A stretch of 64,000 bases of DNA from Bdellovibrionia bacterium (GTDB taxonomy: Bacteria > Bdellovibrionota > UBA1018 > JBILEK01): NCBI GenBank assembly GCA_044352155.1, contig JBILEK010000003.1, positions 834 to 64,833 of the forward strand. Reading direction: 5' to 3'. Both the position numbers and the translations under genes were made by a program. Each line of letters starts with the position of its first letter. Within the stretch, counting starts at the first letter, position 1. Positions 9,758 through 19,833 of this stretch are shown here, one piece after another. The notes under the pieces are model-generated. The model was not told where the DNA came from, ran no database searches, and saw only the letters and a program-made list of their open reading frames with translations.

Positions 9758-10325
9758 GAATGACAGCCCCGTTTATGTTTCGCTTGAGTTTACCCCGAAC
9801 CCCAACACGCTCAAATACTCTGTGAACCGCACTTTAATCTCGCGCGGCGCAGCAAGCTTTTCAAATGAGCAAGAGGCCGAAAAAAAATCACCCCTCGCAG
9901 CAAAGCTTCTGGGAGTAGAAGGGATTGAATCCGTGATGCTGGGACGCGACTTCGTCACCGTGACCAAGAGCGAAACAGGCTCTTGGGATCATGTGCACAA
10001 AACAGCCTCTCAGCTCCTCGAAGATCACCTCGCCCGGGGTGAAGTGATCCTGCACTCCAGTGAGGAGTCCAACACCCAAGGTCACGGAGGTGGAGACTCC
10101 GAGCTTGAAGCAAAAATCAAAGCGTTCCTCGATCAAGAGATTCGTCCTGCAGTTGCGATGGATGGAGGCGACATTACTTTTGATCGCTTTGAGGATGGGA
10201 TTGTCTATCTGTTCTTGCAAGGCTCTTGTAGCGGATGCCCAAGCTCAACGATGACCCTCAAAATGGGAATTGAAACGCGCATGAAGCAAGTCATTCCACA
10301 AGTGCGAGAGGTTGTGTCGGTTTAA
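9756..10325 (+). CDS. Nfu/NifU-type Fe-S cluster assembly protein (Nfu_N plus NifU C-terminal CxxC domain)
   Basis: MNDSPVYVSLEFTPNPNTLKY N-terminal domain and C-terminal LQGSCSGCPSS motif. Start set at the internal ATG 9756 (ORF track 9732). Confidence 0.7.
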   Translation: MNDSPVYVSLEFTPNPNTLKYSVNRTLISRGAASFSNEQEAEKKSPLAAKLLGVEGIESVMLGRDFVTVTKSETGSWDHVHKTASQLLEDHLARGEVILHSSEESNTQGHGGGDSELEAKIKAFLDQEIRPAVAMDGGDITFDRFEDGIVYLFLQGSCSGCPSSTMTLKMGIETRMKQVIPQVREVVSV

Positions 10326-10332
10326 GCGGCCC

Positions 10333-11175
10333 ATGAGCGTAGATCCACGGACGTTTCTTAGCGCTTTTCTTGCTATCGTGTTTACCTTTGCTTGTGCGAC
10401 TTCGCCCACAGGGCGCAAGCAGCTCCTCGCTCTGCCTGACTCTCAGATGAATGCGATGGGCGCTCAGTCTTTTGATGAGCTCAAGAAAAAAATCCCCCGC
10501 GAGTCTCTCCCCAGCACCAACACATACGTTCGCTGTGTTGCAGACGCACTCCTTCGGCAAACTCACGACTCTACGGGAGTGCGGGACTGGGAGGTCGTTG
10601 TTTTTCGTGACCCCTCGGCCAATGCGTTTGCCTTGCCTGGAGGCAAAATCGGAGTCCACACTGGCCTGCTTGAAGTCGCCAGCACGCCCGGACAACTAGC
10701 GGCGGTACTCGGACATGAAATTGCACACGTCACGGCTCGACACGGCAATGAGCGCGTCTCTCAAAGCGTTGCAACCCAAGGTGGGCTTGCGCTTGTCTCT
10801 GCAGTGCTCTCAGGTAAAGACAGCTCTTCAGAAAATCAAAAAAAACGCGCGATGCTTTTTGCGGGACTTGGCTTAGGACTGCAGTTTGGAGTGCTGCTGC
10901 CGTTTTCGCGCAGCCACGAGAGTGAGGCTGATCTCTTGGGCCAAGATCTCATGTCGCGCGCGGGATTTAACCCTGAAGAAAGTCTCGAGCTCTGGCGCAA
11001 TATGGCTAAAGCTTCGCGCGGACACCGAGCTCCACAGTTTCTATCCACTCATCCTTCAAACGAAACCCGCATCCAAGACCTAGCCAGTCACCTTGCTCAC
11101 TCGCGTCCGCTTTACTTGCGCGCGCTTGAGAGCGGAGTGCGTCCCGCATGCAGTCCCTCAAAGGAGCTCCGATGA
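10333..11175 (+). CDS. M48-family zinc metallopeptidase (BepA/YcaL-like), exported
   Basis: HEIAH zinc motif ([12 protein letters not shown]), downstream ESEAD motif, signal/lipoprotein-like N-terminus. Confidence 0.7.
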   Translation: MSVDPRTFLSAFLAIVFTFACATSPTGRKQLLALPDSQMNAMGAQSFDELKKKIPRESLPSTNTYVRCVADALLRQTHDSTGVRDWEVVVFRDPSANAFALPGGKIGVHTGLLEVASTPGQLAAVLGHEIAHVTARHGNERVSQSVATQGGLALVSAVLSGKDSSSENQKKRAMLFAGLGLGLQFGVLLPFSRSHESEADLLGQDLMSRAGFNPEESLELWRNMAKASRGHRAPQFLSTHPSNETRIQDLASHLAHSRPLYLRALESGVRPACSPSKELR

Positions 11176-12524
11176 ACGAACCGAACTTTAAGATTCTTGA
11201 AATCCACGCAAGGGAGATCCTGGATTCGCGCGGCTACCCGACCGTCGAAGTTGAGCTCACACTTGAAAATGACGCAACCCCTGGAGCCCTCCACCTGGGT
11301 AGAGCGGCTGCACCCTCGGGCGCCTCCACCGGAGAAGGCGAAGCGCTTGAGCTTCGCGACGGCGATCCTAAACGCTACTTGGGCAAAGGTGTTCTCAAGG
11401 CCGTCAGTCATGTGCGCACCAAAATCGCGCCTGCAATCAGGGGGAGAAGTTTTTCGAGACAATCGCTTCTGGATGACGCGCTTTGCGAGCTCGATGGAAC
11501 TCCGAATAAAGCAAACTTAGGCGCTAACGCAGTTCTGGGCGTGAGTATGGCTTATGCGCGCGCAGTGAGTCGGGCACTTGGAGTCCCTACTTATCAGAGG
11601 GTTTCGGAGATGTTTGATTGCACGGGCGTCACGTTGCCCGTGCCGCTGATGAACATTATCAACGGTGGCAAACACGGGGAAAACGGCCTTGATCTTCAAG
11701 AGTTTATGATCGTGCCGGCGGGGTTTACCAAGTTCTCCGATGCACTCCGTGCTGGGGTAGAAACATTTCATCACCTTAAGAAAATCCTTAAATCCAAAGG
11801 CCTCACCGTTGGCGTTGGTGATGAAGGAGGGTTTGCACCTCAGTTCTCAGGCGAAGAACCGCATGCGCAGTGTTTATCCGCAATCCTACAAGCCATCACA
11901 GACGCAGGCTATCAACCTGGGAAACAGATTTTTCTCGCTCTCGATTGTGCGTCCAGCGAGTTTGCGTCGAAGCCCGGGTCGGGTGATCGCGGAAGTGTGA
12001 TTTACACTTTCGAGGGAGTTCCGCGCACCGCACAGGACATGATTGAGATTTACCGAAAGTGGATGGATGCGTACCCCATCCTCTCGATTGAAGACGGTCT
12101 CTCCGAGCACGACTGGATGGGCTGGGCACTGTTGACTCAAGAGTTGGGCTCACGCTGTCAGCTGGTCGGAGACGATCTTTTCGTTACAAACATCGCCTAC
12201 TTAAAAAAAGGTATCGAGCGCAAAGCTGGAAACTCCATCCTCATTAAACTCAACCAAATCGGAACGCTCACCGAGACGCTTGAAACCATGAAACTAGCCT
12301 TGAGCTCTGGCTACTCCACAATCGTCTCTCATCGAAGCGGCGAGACGGAGGATACCTTCATCGCAGATCTCGCAGTGGGCACCGACGCAGGTCAGATCAA
12401 AACAGGCTCAGGCTCACGCACGGATCGCATCGCTAAGTACAACCAGCTGCTTAGGATCGAAGAGGAGCTCGGAGCGCGGGCGCGATTTGCTGGAAAAGCG
12501 GCATTTCGGGGATTGTTAAAGTAG
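11172..12524 (+). CDS. eno: Enolase (phosphopyruvate hydratase)
   Basis: [29 protein letters not shown]... full-length enolase with canonical motifs; AAGGAG RBS at 11161-11166 eight nt upstream of ATG 11172. Confidence 0.95.
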   Translation: MNEPNFKILEIHAREILDSRGYPTVEVELTLENDATPGALHLGRAAAPSGASTGEGEALELRDGDPKRYLGKGVLKAVSHVRTKIAPAIRGRSFSRQSLLDDALCELDGTPNKANLGANAVLGVSMAYARAVSRALGVPTYQRVSEMFDCTGVTLPVPLMNIINGGKHGENGLDLQEFMIVPAGFTKFSDALRAGVETFHHLKKILKSKGLTVGVGDEGGFAPQFSGEEPHAQCLSAILQAITDAGYQPGKQIFLALDCASSEFASKPGSGDRGSVIYTFEGVPRTAQDMIEIYRKWMDAYPILSIEDGLSEHDWMGWALLTQELGSRCQLVGDDLFVTNIAYLKKGIERKAGNSILIKLNQIGTLTETLETMKLALSSGYSTIVSHRSGETEDTFIADLAVGTDAGQIKTGSGSRTDRIAKYNQLLRIEEELGARARFAGKAAFRGLLK

Positions 12525-12749
12525 ATCAAGCGCCTTCGACCAAGAGCGCTTAAAACCGGTCATACGATTAGAATACTTACTCCATCGCGTCTCTCTCCCA
12601 TTGCAAATGATAGAGTCCTTCTGGGTGAGGCAGTTCATGCTTGAGAGCCAAGATCTTACACAAAAAATCTTCGAAGCTTCAGAAGACATGCGAAACCTCA
12701 TGACTCCAGTCATAGTTTCGTCCAAACGGCGAATTGGTTTTTAAGAGAA

Positions 12750-12759
12750 CCCCCCCCCC
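12750..12759. repeat. Homopolymeric C10 tract in the eno-ftsB intergenic/5-prime region
   Basis: Read directly; a second C8 tract at 12823-12830 with similar flank (CCCCCCCCAAC). Confidence 0.9.
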
Positions 12760-12822
12760 AACCCTTGCCAAACCGAGGCGACTCGCTTCAAACTATAAGT
12801 CTGTGAGCCGCCCAAGAATCGT

Positions 12823-12830
12823 CCCCCCCC
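12823..12830. repeat. Homopolymeric C8 tract, second copy of the C-run/AAC motif
   Basis: Read directly from sequence. Confidence 0.9.
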
Positions 12831-12907
12831 AACGCCACTCCAACGCGAGCCCCACGCGTGCAAAGGCTTCGTCCCCACGTCCTTGGGGAGTCTGGCTTTG
12901 TGGCGCA

Positions 12908-13171
12908 GTGATTTGGCTCGTCCTGATCAGTGGAGCGCTCCCTTGGTCAGGGGCGCCAGGTATTTGGCAAGCTCTCCAGCTCCGAAGCCTGCTTGAGCAC
13001 AAGCGACAAAATCTTGTTCGGATCGAGCGCGAAGTTGCGGAGCTCGAGAGCGAGAAAAAACTCCTCGAAGCAGATCGCACCACTCAAGAGCGCGAGATTC
13101 GAAGAGTTTTAGGCTACGCGGCGCCTGATGAAATCGTTTTCGATTTCTCGCGCCAAAAAGATGGCACTTAA
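12908..13171 (+). CDS. ftsB: Cell division protein FtsB/DivIC-like (septum formation initiator); start uncertain (GTG 12908, ORF track extends to 12734 through two poly-C tracts)
   Basis: Single N-terminal TM helix then coiled coil (LQLRSLLEHKRQNLVRIEREVAELESEKKLLEADR), ending in a proline-containing tail; conserved position immediately downstream of eno. Confidence 0.55.
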   Translation: MIWLVLISGALPWSGAPGIWQALQLRSLLEHKRQNLVRIEREVAELESEKKLLEADRTTQEREIRRVLGYAAPDEIVFDFSRQKDGT

Positions 13172-13279
13172 ATTCGCAGTCCCCTCTTTTTTTTTCGTGC
13201 TTAAACCCCCTAAAATATGAGTTACGCGCCGTGCATCTTGGACGGAGCGACTCGACGTGTTCAAGGAGGACACCCTCGA

Positions 13280-13483
13280 ATGGCCATCGGAAAAGTCAAA
13301 TGGTTCAATGACGCGAAGGGCTTTGGGATGATCGAAAGTTTTGACGGCGACGATATCTTTGTCCACTACACCGCCATCAAGGCCGAGGGTTACAAAACTC
13401 TCGCTGAAGGACAGGAAGTCGAGTTCGATCTTTATGAGGGCAAAAAAGGCCCTCAAGCGCAGAACGTTCACTTTCGCTCCTAG
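13280..13483 (+). CDS. Cold-shock protein (CspA family)
   Basis: [19 protein letters not shown]...VHYTAIK RNP motifs; GGAGGA RBS upstream; 67 aa. Confidence 0.9.
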   Translation: MAIGKVKWFNDAKGFGMIESFDGDDIFVHYTAIKAEGYKTLAEGQEVEFDLYEGKKGPQAQNVHFRS

Positions 13484-15765
13484 GGAGCTTTAGGGTTCGC
13501 AGGCCAGGCATGTCGAGGATAGCGCCGGCAGAGCTCCTGCCGGATGCGAGGATACTCTCGCTCCCAAAACCCTGCAAGATCTCGAGTCACTTGAAGAGCG
13601 CGCCCATTGGGGGCGAGTAAATGCAAAGTGAGAGGCACCACGCCAGAGCGAATTTTTGGACCAGAGCTTAGGCCAAAAAAGTCCTGCAAACGTGACTCAA
13701 TCCAAGGATCTCGATCGAGCGCATACTGAATCAGTACTCGCGCCCGACCGGGCAGAGCGACACTCTCAGGCGCTTGTCTGATTTCCTCAGGCGTAAAACT
13801 CAAAACCCGCGCCCGAAGCTCATCAAACGATGATGCTCCGACACAAAGCTCTTGGAGCAAAACGCTCCACTCCTGCTCACTAGGCTCCCCCGGCGGAATC
13901 CCTCGGCGCGCAAACTCTCGTCGAGCCCAGGCTGCGCGTAATCGCTCCAAATCCAGTGCGCGCTCTGGTTTTTTTAAAACCTCAAGCCTCAGTCTTGCTT
14001 GAAGTTCCTGAGGATCAGTTTCATGAGCCGGTAACGCTCGCTGCTCAAGCACGAGTGCACCAAATCGGAGTTCCTGACGAGCCTCTGCTTGATTGCGGAG
14101 CTCATTCCAGACGATCTCTTTTTTCTCTTGGAGGATCCCACCTGCAAACTCCCAAAGCGCTTCCTCATCAAGTTTGATCCAAGAGCGCAAGCGTGCGATC
14201 GAGTCCGTCTCAAGGGCATCGAGCACCAAAAGGAGCTCTCCTTGAGAGTGGCGATCTTTTTGAAGTTTAAGCTCCCCTCCTCCTGCGAGTGGAAGTGATT
14301 GCCCTCTCACCCGGCCGACACGATCCCAGAACGCTCGAGTCAAAGCACGCACACCGGGCTCCTCGCCACCTTGAGACTTTAAGCGCTCTTCTAGTTTTCT
14401 CACTGCGAAAGATCCCTCTTCAAACTGCTCTCCCCACTCAAGTTCTCCTTCGGGCAGCTCGCCCTCAGAGATACGCGCAGCCCAACGTTCAGATCCTGGC
14501 TCAGAGTGCTTTAAGAACAGCCCTATCCTGGGATGCACGGGTAGCTGTGAGAGCTCTCTGCCCAGCTCAGTACACTGACCTACGTCTGTGAGCGCGCCCA
14601 CCCCTTGGAGCCATTTTTGGGCCTGAAAAAAAGCATCAGCACTTGGTGACTCAGCCCATGGAAATTCGTTAACCGAAACAATCCCCTGCTCAGCAAGCCA
14701 GAGTACACAGGGGATAAGATCGACTCTCCTCACTTCGGGCGCCTCAAAGTGCTTCATCGCCTCAAAGTCAGCCAAAGAGTACAACCTCACGCACACTCCC
14801 GCCCCCGTACGCCCGGCGCGCCCTGCGCGCTGAGAGGCCGAGGCACGCGATATTCTCTGTGTTTCAAGTCGAGTCAGTCCTGTCCCAGGCGATGCGCGCG
14901 CAATGCGTGCAAGTCCTGAGTCAATCACGACGCGCACTCCAGGAATTGTAACGGAGCTTTCCGCAATGTTGGTTGAAAGGATGATTTTTCGGGCGTTCTC
15001 AGGCTTAAGTACCAAGTCCTGATCCGCTCGCTGCAAATCTCCGTGCAAGACTCTCACTATGCCAAAACGCTCCGAAAGACGCCCTTGCACGCGCCGAATT
15101 TCAGCCATCCCCGGCAAAAAAACAAGCGCATCTCCTGCGGTCTGCTTCAGTGCGCGCTCAATTGCTCCTCCCAGATCTTGCGTCACTGGCAAGTAACGCA
15201 TCTCCACAGCGTGTCGCTCACCTGAGATCTGGATCTCATGCGCTTCGCCTTTAAAATAAGCACTCAACAAGTCAAGATCCAACGTCGCCGACATCACAAT
15301 GACTCGAAGATCAGGGCGCACTGCTTTCTGCAACTTACGTACAAACCCGAGCGCAAGATCTGTATCCAATGAGCGCTCATGAAACTCATCCAGCACGACT
15401 GCGCCCACTCCTTGGAGATGAGGATTTTCAGATAGCTTCCTTAAAAACATCCCCTCTGTCAAAAACCTTAAACGCGTCCTTGGACTATCGCGTTTTTCAA
15501 ACCGCACATGATAGCCCACTCGCTCTCCAAGCGGCTCGCCTCTCTCTTGCGCCACTCGGGTCGCCGCAAGCCTTGCTGCAAGCCTGCGTGGCTCAAGCAC
15601 CCAGACTTCGTCGCGCTCACCAAGCCATGAGGCCTCCAAGAGCGCTGGTGGCACTCGCGTCGTCTTACCTGTGCCAGGCTCTGCACGTAAAATGAGCGTG
15701 CGTGAGTTTTGAAGGACTTCTAAAATCTCCGCAAGATGGGCATCAACCGGAAGCAAGCTCCGCAA
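13480..15765 (-). CDS. hrpB: ATP-dependent RNA helicase HrpB (DEAH-box)
   Basis: GTGKTT Walker A, DEFHER motif, about 760 aa with HrpB-type C-terminal extension. Confidence 0.85.
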   Translation of the reverse strand: MRSLLPVDAHLAEILEVLQNSRTLILRAEPGTGKTTRVPPALLEASWLGERDEVWVLEPRRLAARLAATRVAQERGEPLGERVGYHVRFEKRDSPRTRLRFLTEGMFLRKLSENPHLQGVGAVVLDEFHERSLDTDLALGFVRKLQKAVRPDLRVIVMSATLDLDLLSAYFKGEAHEIQISGERHAVEMRYLPVTQDLGGAIERALKQTAGDALVFLPGMAEIRRVQGRLSERFGIVRVLHGDLQRADQDLVLKPENARKIILSTNIAESSVTIPGVRVVIDSGLARIARASPGTGLTRLETQRISRASASQRAGRAGRTGAGVCVRLYSLADFEAMKHFEAPEVRRVDLIPCVLWLAEQGIVSVNEFPWAESPSADAFFQAQKWLQGVGALTDVGQCTELGRELSQLPVHPRIGLFLKHSEPGSERWAARISEGELPEGELEWGEQFEEGSFAVRKLEERLKSQGGEEPGVRALTRAFWDRVGRVRGQSLPLAGGGELKLQKDRHSQGELLLVLDALETDSIARLRSWIKLDEEALWEFAGGILQEKKEIVWNELRNQAEARQELRFGALVLEQRALPAHETDPQELQARLRLEVLKKPERALDLERLRAAWARREFARRGIPPGEPSEQEWSVLLQELCVGASSFDELRARVLSFTPEEIRQAPESVALPGRARVLIQYALDRDPWIESRLQDFFGLSSGPKIRSGVVPLTLHLLAPNGRALQVTRDLAGFWEREYPRIRQELCRRYPRHAWPANPKAP

Positions 15766-15768
15766 AGC

Positions 15769-16392
15769 CTATCTCCCGGACTTGCGCTCAAAGTACTGAA
15801 GATCAATAAACAAAGCAGATGCGACGAGTACCAATCGCTCCTCATAGCTAAGCGCCTCGTCTATGAACTCAAGCTCAAAGCGATCCGCATCCGTAAACCC
15901 TTCGCGCAGGAGGCCTCCCCACTGCTTTCGCACAACTGCACGCTCTTGTCCGCGCGCCTTAAAAGGAAACGTCCATGGCTTCCAAATGGGAGAGCGAACT
16001 TCTAGCTCCACTCGTCCTTGGGGATTTTCTAAGTCAAACTTTTTTTGCAAAAACGAAAAGCGCTGTTGAAGTGCCCCTAAACAGGCTCCCTCAGGGCTAA
16101 ACACCTCTAGTCTCTGAAAGAAGAATCGAAACGGATGATGTGCACGAGCGACGACGGATTTGTTCGAAGAGAAAATCAAAATATCAAAAGTTCTCCAGTG
16201 CCCGAGCATCTGGCGCATCAAAAAACCAAGCACTCCTTTCTGTTGCTCTGCTGCAAACCCTGCAACATTGCCGTCGATTTGGATTTCGTACTTGTTGCGC
16301 GTCTCAAACCCTAGAAGCTCAGAGAGCTCGCGTCGTTGTTGAATACTGAGGCTCTTGGCTGATCCAAGTTGATCCATGATGAGCTGATCCAT
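15769..16392 (-). CDS. Scramblase-family (PLSCR/Tubby-like fold) protein
   Basis: Pattern matches phospholipid scramblase family (GNVAGF...EQ...F..L..Q..G.WR.F.I...EVFSPEGACLGALQQRF...F.L....G). Inference from motif memory. Confidence 0.5.
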   Translation of the reverse strand: MDQLIMDQLGSAKSLSIQQRRELSELLGFETRNKYEIQIDGNVAGFAAEQQKGVLGFLMRQMLGHWRTFDILIFSSNKSVVARAHHPFRFFFQRLEVFSPEGACLGALQQRFSFLQKKFDLENPQGRVELEVRSPIWKPWTFPFKARGQERAVVRKQWGGLLREGFTDADRFELEFIDEALSYEERLVLVASALFIDLQYFERKSGR

Positions 16393-16394
16393 GA

Positions 16395-17804
16395 TTAAAG
16401 TTTATTGACCGAGTCTAGAGCCGCGGTCTTGTAGGCTTCGGCAAGCGTGGGATAGTTAAACACAGATTCTACAAAATACTCGAGATCGCCACCTAAAATC
16501 ATTACGGCTTGCCCGATATGAATCAGGTCAGCCGCGCTATCCCCAATGATGTGCACTCCAAGAAGCTTTTGCGTTTTTCGATCCACAAGCATCTTAAGCA
16601 AACCCCAACGATCCCCAACGATTTGGCCCCGTGCAACTTCCTTGTACTTGGCGCGACCAACGACGTAATCTGCGCCCCTCTTTTTGAGCTCTTCCTCTGA
16701 CTCGCCGATCGTTGAGATCTCAGGGATCGTATAGATTCCATACGGGTAGAACTCAGGCATTCGCGCGAGCGTGGCACTTCGAACCCCAAATGCGTGACAA
16801 GCAGCGATACGCCCCTGCTCCATGCTGGTAGATGCAAGGGCCGGAAATCCGACCACATCTCCCACTGCGTAGATGTGAGGCACAGACGTACGAAAATACG
16901 CGTCCACAGAGAGTAGCCCCCGCTCATCAGGAGAAAGTCCGGCGTTGCTTAAGCCCAGATCCTCGGTGTTGCCATGACGTCCTTGTGCGATTAGGAGTGC
17001 CTCGGCCTCGCAAACTTTTCCGTTCGAAAGTCGCACTCGGACTCGGTCTTTTAGCGTATCGACTTTCTCAGACTCACATCCCAGATGAATCTGCATACCC
17101 GCGTAGCCAAACCAGTTGAGCAGACTCTCGACGATTTCACGATCGATGTTACTTAAAATCTCTTTTCTTTTGTCAATCAAAGTGACTTTGCAGCCTGCAA
17201 TCGCAAACATACTTGCAAACTCACACCCAATAATCCCGGCACCTAAAACGATAAGACTTTTGGGCATCTTCTTTAAGCGAAGCACCGTGTTGCTGTCTAA
17301 AACGCGCTTTGCATCCACGCGCAGAGGGTCAGGCGCACGCGGGGACGCTCCCACTGCAATCACAAAGTAGGTTGCTGAGAACTTTTTCTTTCCTTTTCGA
17401 GTTTGGACTTCGATTTCTTTTGGCCCACTAAAGCGCGCGTGCCCGTGCATCAGTTGGATCTTGTTACGCTTGAGTTGATCGAAAATGATCTGCGACTCTT
17501 GACTAATGACTCGATCTTTCCGCCGAAGTAAACGCTGCATCTCGGGAAGCTCTTGTCGCGCTTTTTTAAAGGTCGTACTCCTTTTCGTCTCAAGCGCCTC
17601 TCCCAGAGTGCCGCTTGAGCGCAGAGCCCAGCGGTACACCGACTCGCGAAACGACTTCGACGGCAGAGTCCCAAAATGGACGCAAGCTCCACCCACCGCA
17701 TCGTACTCTTCGACGAGCATCACTTTTTTTCCCGCTTTCGCGGCTTGGAGCGCAGCCTTCTGGCCGCCGGGGCCAGATCCAATGACAATGAGATCGAAGT
17801 GCAT
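16395..17804 (-). CDS. sthA: Soluble pyridine nucleotide transhydrogenase (SthA/UdhA-type flavoprotein disulfide reductase family)
   Basis: GSGPGG FAD motif, single-Cys GGACVHFGTLPSK as in SthA rather than the LpdA CxxxxC pair, second GAGIIGCE NAD motif, C-terminal FNYPTLAEAY. Confidence 0.75.
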   Translation of the reverse strand: MHFDLIVIGSGPGGQKAALQAAKAGKKVMLVEEYDAVGGACVHFGTLPSKSFRESVYRWALRSSGTLGEALETKRSTTFKKARQELPEMQRLLRRKDRVISQESQIIFDQLKRNKIQLMHGHARFSGPKEIEVQTRKGKKKFSATYFVIAVGASPRAPDPLRVDAKRVLDSNTVLRLKKMPKSLIVLGAGIIGCEFASMFAIAGCKVTLIDKRKEILSNIDREIVESLLNWFGYAGMQIHLGCESEKVDTLKDRVRVRLSNGKVCEAEALLIAQGRHGNTEDLGLSNAGLSPDERGLLSVDAYFRTSVPHIYAVGDVVGFPALASTSMEQGRIAACHAFGVRSATLARMPEFYPYGIYTIPEISTIGESEEELKKRGADYVVGRAKYKEVARGQIVGDRWGLLKMLVDRKTQKLLGVHIIGDSAADLIHIGQAVMILGGDLEYFVESVFNYPTLAEAYKTAALDSVNKL

Positions 17805-17945
17805 AGGGATAGTTAAAAATTTATCTTAAAACCGCAAACTGGCCACATCAATTGAGGAAAAGACCAGGTGGCAGCACTCAGTGAGCCGTAAGTAATTGAA
17901 ATCAATAAGAATTAATCCTGCCACACCCTCTCCGCTCGCAAAAGC

Positions 17946-19106
17946 CTATGCTGCCGCAAGCGTCGGATCGGCACGTAAAAGCTCCACATACCACTCAGGA
18001 GCGGCGAATTTCTCTCGCGGAAACGGAATCCGGTTGAGCTCAATCTCGTGCATGAAACTCGGCAGATTCCCCACCGCGATCATCTCTCCAATGATCTTTC
18101 CATCCTGCGACTTACCCCTCTGAACAAAGCGATAGATGTCGCGGATCTGGTAGCGTCCCTGATCATCTACTTCTGGAATCACTTCCGAAATATGTGTGAC
18201 CTTGCGTGTGCCATCGGACATGCGCTTGATCTGAACGACGATGTGGATTGCAGCCGAAATCTGTCGACGAATCGCAGCTACCGGAATGTTGGAGTCGCCC
18301 ATCATGGAAAGTGTCTCAAGACGCACCAACGCATCGTAGGGCGTGTTCGCGTGGGTTGTACCCATGGAGCCGCCGTGCCCCGTGTTCATCGCGTTGATTA
18401 AATCTAGCGATTCTGCTCCTCGCACTTCCCCGACCACAATTCGATCAGGCCGCAAGCGCAGAGCCGACTTCAGCAAGTCGCGAATTGAGACCGCTCCCTG
18501 ACCGCGCTCATCTGCATGCTTGGTCTCAAAATAGATCACATGAGAGGTTGCGATCTTAAGCTCAGAGGAATCCTCAATGATCAAAAGTCGTTGATTTCCT
18601 GGAATGCGAGATCCCACGACGTTGAGTAACGTCGTTTTCCCTGAGCCCGTGCCACCTGAAATGATCATATTGCGCGCAAGATAAACGCATACGTCCAGAA
18701 ATCGCGCAGCATCTTTTGAGATCGAACCACGGTTGATGAGATCGACGAAAGTGGGAGAAGTGCGCGAAAACTTTCGAATCGAGAGTGTGCTGCCGTTTCG
18801 AGTGGGACCCGCTTTAGAGACAGGGGGAAACACTGCAGCCACGCGCTCTCCTGTAGGGAGACGTGCATCTAAGATTGGGTGATCGAGATCAATTCTTCGT
18901 CCCACGGATTGAGCAATGTTTCGGATCGCAGCCTGAAGCGCCTGCTCGTCAATGAACTGTGCTGATGTTTTTTCAAGCATCCCTTTGCGCTCAACAAAAA
19001 CTTCTTTTGGGCCGTTCACGAGCACTTCGGTGACCGAATCGTCTTCTAAGTACTCAGCGATTGGACCTAAAAAAGTCTTAATTGAATCGCGAAAGACTTC
19101 ACTCAT
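17946..19106 (-). CDS. cpaF: CpaF/TadA-family type II/IV secretion ATPase
   Basis: VNGPKEVFVERKG N-domain, Walker A GGTGSGKTT, RIVVGEVRGAES, His box GHGGSMGTTHANT. Confidence 0.8.
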   Translation of the reverse strand: MSEVFRDSIKTFLGPIAEYLEDDSVTEVLVNGPKEVFVERKGMLEKTSAQFIDEQALQAAIRNIAQSVGRRIDLDHPILDARLPTGERVAAVFPPVSKAGPTRNGSTLSIRKFSRTSPTFVDLINRGSISKDAARFLDVCVYLARNMIISGGTGSGKTTLLNVVGSRIPGNQRLLIIEDSSELKIATSHVIYFETKHADERGQGAVSIRDLLKSALRLRPDRIVVGEVRGAESLDLINAMNTGHGGSMGTTHANTPYDALVRLETLSMMGDSNIPVAAIRRQISAAIHIVVQIKRMSDGTRKVTHISEVIPEVDDQGRYQIRDIYRFVQRGKSQDGKIIGEMIAVGNLPSFMHEIELNRIPFPREKFAAPEWYVELLRADPTLAAA

Positions 19107-19651
19107 TCAGAGACAAGCTCCCGCACAACTAAGGTGCCTTCCATCCCATTGACCGGGCAGTAGAACCTGAATTTCCCTGGAGTGGAGGGAGTGAAGGTGA
19201 TTTCTTCGATTTTTTGAGCGCGCACTTGTTTACGGACATTAAACGCGTCCATCATCACGCAGAGCGTGCCTTTGGAAGCACCTGTGACAAAAAGGCGCAC
19301 TGGCACATCGCGAGTCACAAAAACGGTTTTAGGGAAATACCCGAGATCCCCTGCAATCAGCGCAATTTCTTGCACTCCTTTGGTCCGATCAGGAACCAAA
19401 GACTGAAGGCGATCAAGCGAATTTGTTTTTGGTGCAGCAGGCACTTCGTCGCCGGGAGGGCTTACGGACCCAAGCGAAGCAAGCGCACGCCCGGAGTGAG
19501 GTTGCATTGGCTCAAAACCAAAGCGTGACTCTGCGAAAGTCTCGCCTGAGTCACGCGCTTTAGGGGGTGGAGGCAAGAACACGACATCCGCCAAAACAGG
19601 CGCACACCAGAGCAACAAACCTAAACTCATGACCTTGAGGGCTCTTTCCAT
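19103..19651 (-). CDS. Exported hypothetical protein with cupredoxin-like C-terminal region (start chosen at MERALKV signal peptide; ORF track allows 19807)
   Basis: Signal peptide MSLGLLLWCAPVLA, poly-Pro linker, C-terminal beta-rich segment with FYCPVNGMEGTLVV resembling a cupredoxin C-M end but lacking the usual His. The stop overlaps the cpaF start by 4 nt, implying co-transcription. Confidence 0.4.
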   Translation of the reverse strand: MERALKVMSLGLLLWCAPVLADVVFLPPPPKARDSGETFAESRFGFEPMQPHSGRALASLGSVSPPGDEVPAAPKTNSLDRLQSLVPDRTKGVQEIALIAGDLGYFPKTVFVTRDVPVRLFVTGASKGTLCVMMDAFNVRKQVRAQKIEEITFTPSTPGKFRFYCPVNGMEGTLVVRELVSE

Positions 19652-19833
19652 AGATCGACCTCTCTCCCCTTCATTTCGGAGTAAAGCGCGCGTCTCTGAA
19701 TGGGGAAGATTTGCAGTACGACATCCCTCTGACACCGGAGCGCTAAACGGATCAAAACCTTCTAAACTCAACGACTTAAAATGTAACCTGACGTCAGTAC
19801 CCGTCAAAAAAACGCTCCTCTATCCTAAAAAGT

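Noticed and set aside
12516-12725. 69-aa minus-strand ORF in the eno-ftsB spacer, and the thought of a small RNA there
   Set aside because: No RBS and odd composition. I could not recognise any known RNA family motif (tmRNA, RNase P, SRP) in the 370-bp spacer, so nothing is called.
13109-13471. 120-aa minus-strand ORF
   Set aside because: Antisense to the ftsB-like/csp region. The csp gene on the plus strand is unambiguous.
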